NCBI GenBank assembly: GCA_963776245.1
Contig: CAVZLN010000006.1
Coordinates: 192,001-256,000, forward strand
Source of the DNA: Candidatus Eiseniibacteriota bacterium
Lineage (GTDB): Bacteria > Eisenbacteria > RBG-16-71-46
Direction: 5' to 3'
DNA length: 64,000 nucleotides
Shown here piece after piece: positions 56,583-64,000 of this stretch; the first letter of the stretch is position 1, and each line of letters begins with the position of its first letter. Below the pieces are notes generated by a model. That model had not been told where the DNA came from and made no database searches. It was given only the letters and a program-made list of their open reading frames with translations. The translations under genes and the position numbers were made by a program.

Positions 56583-58396
56583 GCGCGAAGCCGCGCATCG
56601 CGGTCGTCGGCGGCGGGCTCGCCGGCCTGATGGCGACCATCCGGATCGCCGAGGCCGGCGTCCCGGTGGACCTGTTCTCGATCGTGCCGGTCAAGCGCTC
56701 GCACTCGGTGTGCGCGCAGGGCGGCGTCAATGGCGCGGTGAACGTGAAGGGCGAGAACGATTCGCCCGAGATCCACTTCGTGGACACGGTGCGCGGCGGG
56801 GACTTCCTCGCCCACCAGGCGCTCGCGAAGGGCATGTGCTACGCCGCACCCGGCATCATCTACCTGCTCGACCGCATGGGCGTGATGTTCAACCGCACGT
56901 CCGAGGGCTTCCTCGATTTCCGGCGCTTCGGCGGCACGCTCTACAACCGCACCGCCTTCGCCGGCGCCACCACCGGGCAGCAGATGCTCTACGCGCTCGA
57001 CGAGCAGGTGCGCCGCCACGAGGCCGCCGGTCTGGTGACCAAGTACGAGGGCTGGGAGTACGTGGGCATGGCGCGCGAGAGCGACGGCCGCTGCGTGGGG
57101 CTGGTGGCGCTCGACCTGCGCACCATGAAGCCAAAGGCCTTCCGCGCGGACGCGGTGATGCTCGCGACCGGCGGGCCCGGCCTGATGTTCGGCCGCTCCA
57201 CCAACTCGGTCATCAATTCGGGCTCCGCCGCGGCCGCCGCCTACATCGAGGGCGCCTGGTACGCCAACGGCGAGTTCATCCAGGTCCACCCCACCGCGAT
57301 CCCGGGCCAGGACAAGCTGCGCCTCATGAGCGAATCCGCGCGCGGCGAGGGCGGGCGCATCTGGGTGCCGCGGGCCGCGGGTGACGCGCGCGCTCCGCGC
57401 CAGATCCCCGAGGCCGAGCGCTGGTACTTCCTCGAGGAGAAATACCCCCGCTACAAGAACCTGGTGCCGCGCGACGTCGCGAGCCGCGAGATCTACCACG
57501 TGTGCGTGGACAAGGGACTGGGCGTGGACGGCCAGATGTGCGTCTACCTCGACCTCACCCACATCCCCCGCGCCACGCTCGACCGCAAGCTCGGGGGCAT
57601 CCTCGAGATCTACGAGAAGTTCACCGGCGACGACCCGCGCGACGTCCCGATGAAGATCTTCCCCGCCGTCCACTACTCGATGGGCGGGCTGTGGGTGGAC
57701 TACGAGCGCACCGCCGATGGATTCGTGGATCTGGCGAGCCCGAAGAACCACATGACCAACATCCCGGGGCTCTACGCCATCGGCGAATGCGACTACCAGT
57801 ACCACGGCGCCAACCGGCTGGGCGCGAACTCCCTCCTGTCGTGCGTGTACGCCGGTCAGATCGGCGGGCCCGCGGCGGTGGCGTGGGCCCAGAACCAGAA
57901 GGGGTCCGCGGCCGACGTCCCGTCCTCGGTGTTCGACCGGGTCGAGGCGAAGTGGACCGCCCACTTCGAGGGGCTGCGCGCCCGTCGCGGCGAGCACAAT
58001 CCGTACGTGCTCGCCGAGGAGCTGGGCAACTGGATGCTCGACAACGTCACCACCGTGCGCTTCAACGACAAGCTGCGCGCCACCGACGCGAAGATCGGCG
58101 AGCTCGCGCAGCGCTGGAACCAGGCGAGCGTGCTCGACGACGCGACGTGGTCGAACGCGCCGCTGGCGTTCCTCAACCAGCTGTCGAACATGTTCGCGCT
58201 CGCCCGGGTGGTCACCCGCGGTGCGCTCGCGCGCGACGAGAGCCGCGGCTCCCACTACAAGCCTGACTTCCCGGATCGCGACGACGCGAACTGGCTCAAG
58301 ACCACGGTCGCCACGTACTCGCCCGACGGCCCCTCCTTCCGCTACGACCCGGTGGACATCTCGCTCGTCCGGCCGGTCGCGCGGAAGTACGACTAG
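56579..58396 (+). CDS. sdhA: Succinate dehydrogenase flavoprotein
   Basis: GGGLAG, RSHSVCAQGG, QVHPT, SESARGEGG and HGANRLGANSL motifs. Confidence 0.97.
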   Translation: MSAKPRIAVVGGGLAGLMATIRIAEAGVPVDLFSIVPVKRSHSVCAQGGVNGAVNVKGENDSPEIHFVDTVRGGDFLAHQALAKGMCYAAPGIIYLLDRMGVMFNRTSEGFLDFRRFGGTLYNRTAFAGATTGQQMLYALDEQVRRHEAAGLVTKYEGWEYVGMARESDGRCVGLVALDLRTMKPKAFRADAVMLATGGPGLMFGRSTNSVINSGSAAAAAYIEGAWYANGEFIQVHPTAIPGQDKLRLMSESARGEGGRIWVPRAAGDARAPRQIPEAERWYFLEEKYPRYKNLVPRDVASREIYHVCVDKGLGVDGQMCVYLDLTHIPRATLDRKLGGILEIYEKFTGDDPRDVPMKIFPAVHYSMGGLWVDYERTADGFVDLASPKNHMTNIPGLYAIGECDYQYHGANRLGANSLLSCVYAGQIGGPAAVAWAQNQKGSAADVPSSVFDRVEAKWTAHFEGLRARRGEHNPYVLAEELGNWMLDNVTTVRFNDKLRATDAKIGELAQRWNQASVLDDATWSNAPLAFLNQLSNMFALARVVTRGALARDESRGSHYKPDFPDRDDANWLKTTVATYSPDGPSFRYDPVDISLVRPVARKYD

Positions 58397-58409
58397 GACG
58401 GAACCCGCC

Positions 58410-59162
58410 ATGCTCCGCACGACGATCGAACTGAAGATCCGACGCCAGGACGGGCCCTCCACGCCGCCGCGGTGGGAGGAATTCTCCCTGCCCTACCGGG
58501 CCGGCATGAACGTGATCTCCTGCCTGATGGACATCCGCAAGCGCCCGGTCACGCGGGAGGGCAGGACGACCACCCCGGTGCAGTGGGACTCGTCGTGCCT
58601 CGAGGAGGTGTGCGGCGCGTGCACCATGCGCGTGAACGGCCGCCCGCGGCAGTCGTGCACCGCGCTCATCGACCAGCTGCCCGAGGGCCCGATCACGCTC
58701 GAGCCGCTCACCAAGTTCCCGGTGGTGCGCGACCTGGTGGTGGACCGCAAGCCGATGTTCGAGGCGCTCAAGCAGGTGCAGGCCTGGATCCCCATCGACG
58801 GCACGTACGACCTCGGGCCCGGGCCCAAGCTGGCCGCGTCCGAGGCGGCCGAGGCTTACCTGTACTCGCGCTGCATGACCTGCGGTTGCTGCATGGAGGC
58901 CTGCCCGCAGTACAACGACCGCTCGGATTTCATCGGCCCGGCGCCGATCGCGCAGGTGCGGCTGTTCAACGCGCATCCCACCGGACGCATGAACGCCGCC
59001 GACCGGCTCGACGCGATCATGGGCCGCGGCGGCCTCGCCGACTGCGGCAACGCGCAGAACTGCGTCGAGGTGTGCCCCAAGGAGATCCCGCTCACCGAGG
59101 CCTTCGGCGAGCTCGGACGCCAGACCACGATGCTCTGGCTCCGGCGTCTGGTCTCGAAGTAG
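58410..59162 (+). CDS. sdhB: Succinate dehydrogenase iron-sulfur subunit
   Basis: CLEEVCGAC, CMTCGCCMEACP and CGNAQNCVEVCP motifs. Confidence 0.96.
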   Translation: MLRTTIELKIRRQDGPSTPPRWEEFSLPYRAGMNVISCLMDIRKRPVTREGRTTTPVQWDSSCLEEVCGACTMRVNGRPRQSCTALIDQLPEGPITLEPLTKFPVVRDLVVDRKPMFEALKQVQAWIPIDGTYDLGPGPKLAASEAAEAYLYSRCMTCGCCMEACPQYNDRSDFIGPAPIAQVRLFNAHPTGRMNAADRLDAIMGRGGLADCGNAQNCVEVCPKEIPLTEAFGELGRQTTMLWLRRLVSK

Positions 59163-59176
59163 CGCGGCGGGCCGGC

Positions 59177-60091
59177 ATGAGGTTCGCGGAGGATCGCAGC
59201 TCCGGCTCGAGCGGGGTGGCGGGCGCCTTCCTCGACGAGCTCGGGCGCTGGGCCGCGCTGGACCGCTCGACCTCGGCGGCCGCGTTCCACGGCGCGCTCC
59301 TGGCGTGGCTGCGCGCCGCCCAGGCGGCGCAGCCGGCGATGGCGCTGGTGCACCAGCTCGCCGCGCGCGCGCTCGACGTCGCGGCGGCGGGGATCGCGCG
59401 CGGGGACCCGCCCGCCGATCTGCGCGCCCACCTCGCGCAGTCGTGCGCGGCGGAGCGTGAGGACCTTGCCGCTTCGCAGGCCGCGGTGGCCCGACAGGCG
59501 AGGAAGCTCGTGGAGGGCCACGAGCCATGGATCGCCACTGTGTCCGCGAGCGCGACCGTGCGGGCGGCGTTCCTCGAACTGCAGCGCGCAGGCCTGGCGC
59601 CGCGCGCGCTGGCGGCCGAGAGCCGCCCGGGCCTCGAGGGCCGCGCCCTGGCCACCGCGCTCGCCGCCGCGGGCCTGCCGACCTGGCTGGTGGTGGACGC
59701 CGCCCTTCCGCTGCTGCTCTCGCAGGCGCGCCTGGTGTGGATCGGCGCCGACGCGGTGACCGAGCTCGGCGTGCTCAACAAGGTGGGCTCGTTCGCCGCG
59801 GCGCTCGCGGCGCGCGAGCACTCGGTGCCGGTGTACGCGCTCGCCTCGCGCCGGCGATTCCTGCCGGCGGCGACGGCGGCGCTCGGCATCCCCGAGATGC
59901 CGCCGGACGAGGTGTGGGACACGCCCGCCGCGGGCGTGCGGCCGCGCAACGTTTACTTCGAGATGGTGCCGCTCGAGCTGCTGCGCGGGATCGTGGTCGA
60001 GGACGCGGTGCTGGGGCCCACCGAGGCCGCGACGCTGGCGCGCGAGCGCCCGCTGCCGGACGCGCTCGCGGCCCCGTTCCGGGCCGGCTGA
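59177..60091 (+). CDS. eIF-2B alpha/beta/delta (IF-2B) family protein, aIF-2B-like
   Basis: QPAMA, ESRPGLEG, GADAV, NKVGS and RNVYFEMVP motifs. Confidence 0.82.
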   Translation: MRFAEDRSSGSSGVAGAFLDELGRWAALDRSTSAAAFHGALLAWLRAAQAAQPAMALVHQLAARALDVAAAGIARGDPPADLRAHLAQSCAAEREDLAASQAAVARQARKLVEGHEPWIATVSASATVRAAFLELQRAGLAPRALAAESRPGLEGRALATALAAAGLPTWLVVDAALPLLLSQARLVWIGADAVTELGVLNKVGSFAAALAAREHSVPVYALASRRRFLPAATAALGIPEMPPDEVWDTPAAGVRPRNVYFEMVPLELLRGIVVEDAVLGPTEAATLARERPLPDALAAPFRAG

Positions 60092-60145
60092 CCGCCCGGA
60101 CCTCGCCTCCGCGCGCCGGACTTCCGGGCGCGGCCGCGCCGGCCC

Positions 60146-61594
60146 TCAGCCCTTGACCACCAGGAACGGCCGGAGCCGCGCGACCGGGTGCGCGAGATCC
60201 GCGCCGGCGACCACGCGCACCACGTCGGCCACGTCCTTGTAGGCCTCGCTGGTCTCCTCGCGCAGCGTGTCGCGTCCCTCGTAGCGCACCACCACGCCCT
60301 GATCGCGCAGCTCGGCCACCAGGTCGCGCCCGCGCGTCTCCTTCACCGCGCGGGTGCGGCTCATCTGCCGACCGGCGCCGTGGCAGCAGGAGCCGAACGC
60401 GTGGGCCATGGCGCCCGGGGCGCCCAGCAGCACGTACGAGTAGCGCCCCATGTCGCCCGGCACCATCACCGGCTGACCCACGGCGCGGTACGCCGCGGGC
60501 ACCTCCGGGTGGCCGGCCGGGAAGGCGCGCGTCGCGCCCTTGCGGTGCACCAGGCAGCGGACCTGGCCCGCGCCGATGGCGTGGCGCTCGAACTTGGCGA
60601 TGTTGTGCGCGACGTCGTACACCAGCTCGAGCCCGAGCTCCTCGGGACCGCGCCGTGACACCCGACCGAACGCGCGGCGGACGCTGTCGGCGATGCACTG
60701 CCGGTTGGCCCACGCGAAGTTGGCCGCCGCGCGCATCGCGCCCAGATAGGCCTGCGCCTCGGGAGCGCGCAGCGGGGCGCAGGCGAGCTGGCGGTCGGGC
60801 AGCACGATCCCCCACGCGCCGAGCTGGCGGACGACGTCGCGCACGTGATCGGTGCACACCTGGTGCCCGAGCCCGCGCGAGCCGCAGTGGATCATGACCG
60901 TGACCTGGCCGCGCGCCAGCCCGAGCGCGGCCGCGCCGTGCGGGTCGAGGATCTCGTCGACCTCCTGGACCTCGAGGAAGTGGTTGCCGGAGCCGAGCGT
61001 GCCGAGCTGCCCTCGCCCGCGCTCGTGGGCGGCTTCGCTGACTGCGCGCGGGTCGGCCTCGGCGAGCGCGCCGCCCTCCTCGCAGCGCTCCAGATCGCTC
61101 GCCCAGCCCATGCCCCGGCCCACCGCCCAGCCAGCGCCCTCGCGCAGCACGCGGTCGAGGTCGGTCCGGGAGACCTTCACGGCGCCGGACGAGCCCACGC
61201 CGCACGGCACCTCGCGCTGGAGCGCGTCGGCCAGTTCCTCGATGCGCGCGCCGAGCGCCGCCCGCGTCAGCCGGCTGCGCAGCAGCCGGACTCCGCAGCC
61301 GATGTCGTAGCCCACCGCGCCGGGCGAGACCACGCCCTCGTCCGGGTCGGTGGCGATCACGCCCCCCACCGGCAGGCCATAGCCCCAATGCGCGTCGGGC
61401 ATCGCGATCGAGGCCTCGAGGATGCCCGGCAGGTGCGCGGCATTGCGCACCTGCTCGGGCGTGCGGTCGGCGAGCATGCGGTCCAGCAGCGGGCGGTCCG
61501 CGAACAGCACGCCGGGCACGCGCATCCCCCCCTGCCGCGGCAGCATCCAGCGGAATTCGTCGAGCCGGACCACTCCGGCGGGCGCCTCGTTCAT
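60146..61594 (-). CDS. rtcB: RNA 3'-phosphate/5'-OH ligase RtcB (archaeal-like long form)
   Basis: MPDAHWGYG, DIGCG, GSGNHF, HCGSRG, HN, HRKGAT and HGAGR motifs. Confidence 0.95.
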   Translation of the reverse strand: MNEAPAGVVRLDEFRWMLPRQGGMRVPGVLFADRPLLDRMLADRTPEQVRNAAHLPGILEASIAMPDAHWGYGLPVGGVIATDPDEGVVSPGAVGYDIGCGVRLLRSRLTRAALGARIEELADALQREVPCGVGSSGAVKVSRTDLDRVLREGAGWAVGRGMGWASDLERCEEGGALAEADPRAVSEAAHERGRGQLGTLGSGNHFLEVQEVDEILDPHGAAALGLARGQVTVMIHCGSRGLGHQVCTDHVRDVVRQLGAWGIVLPDRQLACAPLRAPEAQAYLGAMRAAANFAWANRQCIADSVRRAFGRVSRRGPEELGLELVYDVAHNIAKFERHAIGAGQVRCLVHRKGATRAFPAGHPEVPAAYRAVGQPVMVPGDMGRYSYVLLGAPGAMAHAFGSCCHGAGRQMSRTRAVKETRGRDLVAELRDQGVVVRYEGRDTLREETSEAYKDVADVVRVVAGADLAHPVARLRPFLVVKG

Positions 61595-61685
61595 GGCGCG
61601 GGCAGCATCCCACCCCGCCGCCCCCGGCTCAACGGCGGCACGGCGTGACGCGCCCGGGCGGCCTCCGGGCCGGGCGTCGCGCGGC

Positions 61686-64000
61686 TCAGCCCCGGCGCGT
61701 CCGCGCGCGCGTCCGGGGTCGCGCGGGCCGCCGGGCCGCGCGCGCGGGTGCGGCCGGCGGGGGCGAGCCGGGCACCACTCCCGCCTCGCGCAGGTAGCGC
61801 CCGGTCCACGACTCCTCGCACGCCGCGATCACCTCCGGCGCTCCCTCGGCCAGCACGCGCCCCCCGGCTTCGCCCCCGTCCGGACCGAGATCGACCACCC
61901 AGTCGCAGTTGCGGATCACGTCCAGATGGTGCTCGACCAGCACCACCGTGTCGCCGCGCGCCACCAGGTCGTCGAGCACCTCGAGCAGGCGCTGGACGTC
62001 GGCGAAATGGAGGCCGACCGTGGGTTCGTCGAGCAGGTAGAGCGTCTGGCCCGCGCTGCGCCCGGTCAGCTCGCGCGCCACCTTGAGGCGCTGCGCCTCG
62101 CCACCCGAGAGCTGGTTCGCGGGCTGGCCCAGCCTCAGGTAGCCGAGCCCGACGCGCCGCAGCACGTGGAGCGCGCGGGTGAAGCGCGGCTCGGTCGCGA
62201 AGTGCTCGAACGCCTGGTCCACGGTGAGGGCGAGCGCGTCGCGGATGTTGAGGCCGCGGTGACGCACCTCGAGCACCTCGGACCGGAAGCGGTCGCCGCC
62301 GCAGACCTCGCACGGCACCAGCACGTCCGCCAGGAAGTACATCTCGACCGTCACCCAGCCCGCACCCTGGCACGTCTCGCAGCGGCCGCCGGCGGTGTTG
62401 AACGAGAACGCTCCGTCCTTCAGCCCGCGGGCGAGCGCCGCCGGCTGGCGCGCGTACGCCTCACGCAGCGCGGCGTACGCCCCGAGGTACGTCACCGGGC
62501 ACGATCGCGGCGTGCGCCCGATCGGAGATTGGTCCACGAGCACGACGCGGCTCAGGTGTTCGAGCCCGCGCACCGCTCGGTGCGTGCCGACGGGCTCCTC
62601 CTCGCGCTGGTCGAAGCGCTTGCGCGCGGCGCGATAGAGCACGTCCTCCACCAGGCTGCTCTTGCCCGAGCCCGAGACCCCGGTGACCGCGCTCAGACGT
62701 CCGACCGGGAGGCGCGCATCCACACCCTTCAGGTTGTGATGCGTGGCACCCAGCACCTCGATGAAGCGCTCCGGGGCCCCGCCGATACGGTTGCGCGCGA
62801 CCTGTCGCTCGCCCCGCAGGTAGCTCGCGGTCTCGGTCTCCACGCTCTCGAGCGCGGCGCCCGCCGGCCCGGCGTAGAGCAGCCGCCCACCGTGCTCGCC
62901 CGCCCCCGGCCCGAGATCCACCAGATACGCGGCCGCGCGGATGACCAGCGGCTCGTGCTCCACCACCACCACGGTGTTCCCGCGCTCCGCCAGTTCCTCG
63001 CAGGATCGCCACCAGCCGACCGGTGTCGCGTGGATGCAGCCCGACGGTGGGCTCGTCGAGCACGTAGAGCGTCTCGGTGAGGTTCGCGCCGAGCGCGTTC
63101 GCCAGCTCGATGCGCTGCGCCTCGCCTCCCGACAGCGTGCGGGTGAGCCGGTCGAGCGTCAGGTAGCCGAGATCGACGCGCTCGAGGAAGCCGAGCCGAG
63201 CCGCCAGTTCGTCCAGCACCGGCTCCGCGACGATGCGCTCGGAGGGCGTGAAGTCGAGCCCCGCGACGTAGCGCGACGCCGCGGCCACGGTCATCTGTCC
63301 GACCTCCGCGATGCTGCGCCCCGCGAGCCGCACATGGAGCGCCTCGGGGCGCAGGCGCGAGCCCCGGCAGGCGGCGCAGGCGCGGGCGGTCTGGTAGCGC
63401 CGGACGATGAAGCGATTGCCCGCCTTGTAGGACTTCTTCTGGAGCCGCTGCAGGAACGGGACGGCCCCGCGGAAGCCCTCCCCTCCGTCCAGCACCAGTT
63501 CGCGGTGTTCCGGCCGCATGCGCTCCCACGGCAGATCGAGCGGCACGTCGTGCTCGCGCGACAGCTTCTCGAGCCGCGGCCAGGCGATGGAGCGCCACGA
63601 CCGGGCCCAGGGATCGATGGCGCCCTGGCGCAGCGTCTTCGAGGGATCGGGCACGATCAATTCGGGCGCGAACGTGAGCACGTCGCCGAAGCCGCGGCAT
63701 TCGGGGCACACCCCGAGCGGGCTGTTGAACGAGAACAGCGCGGGCTCCGGGCGCATCGCGGGAGTGCCGCAGGCGCGGCACTCCCAGCGCTCGCTGCGGC
63801 GCTCGGGCGCCCGGGCGCCGCGCACCAGTTCGAGCCGGCCCTCGCCGCGGCGGAACCCCGCCTCGCACGCCTCGACCAGGCGCTGCCGCTCGTCCGGGCG
63901 CCAGCTGAAGCGGTCCACCACCACCCCCACGGTGGCCGTCCCGCGCGGCAGGCGCGGCAGCGGCTCCAGCGGCATGGTCTCACCGTCCAGGCGGACCCGC
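61686..64000 (-). CDS. uvrA: Excinuclease ABC subunit A, 5' end beyond the window, frameshifted near 63001
   Basis: FSFNSP..CPECRG, LSGGEAQRI and LDEPTVGLH in one frame; GNTVVVVEH, GVSGSGKS and LSGGEAQRLK in another. Confidence 0.92.

Noticed and set aside
60146..61594. RtcB as part of an rtcRBA or Ro/Y-RNA repair operon
   Set aside because: No rtcA, rtcR, archease or TROVE gene is adjacent, and no clear -24/-12 promoter lies upstream.

Overview
A 64 kb chromosomal window from a very GC-rich diderm bacterium. The gene order (kds-lptC-lptB-rpoN-hpf-hprK-PTS Man, Bacillus-type sdhCAB, a giant kinase-sigma54 activator) suggests Candidatus Eisenbacteria or a relative; this is inference only. (1) Positions 1-4743 are a minus-strand integron-type cassette array that runs off the left edge. 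It has four full-length attC sites, one internally deleted site, two collapsed remnants and a fused/deleted pseudo-cassette. No integrase or attI lies at its head: it starts at a GTTAGGT core just behind a terminator-like hairpin of an acyl-CoA dehydrogenase gene. (2) 19372-26399 looks like a self-contained signalling module. A 1694-aa Ser/Thr kinase-NTPase-TPR-GAF-sigma54 activator is followed by three 14-bp enhancer-like boxes and a -24/-12 promoter. These precede a translationally coupled operon of a small exported protein, a degenerate sigma54-type AAA+ domain and a sensor-less histidine kinase. (3) An IS1202-like element (32500-33956) has a perfect 16-bp target duplication. (4) The rest is mostly housekeeping: hppA, two M16 peptidase pairs, ahcY, a vapBC-like pair, PTS/rpoN/lpt/kds/pyrG, mdh, rplU-rpmA, RNase E/G, a radical SAM fusion, sdhCAB, an aIF-2B-like gene, rtcB and a frameshifted uvrA. 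No rRNA, tRNA or CRISPR array was recognised. All calls come from reading motifs by eye; no database searches were run.
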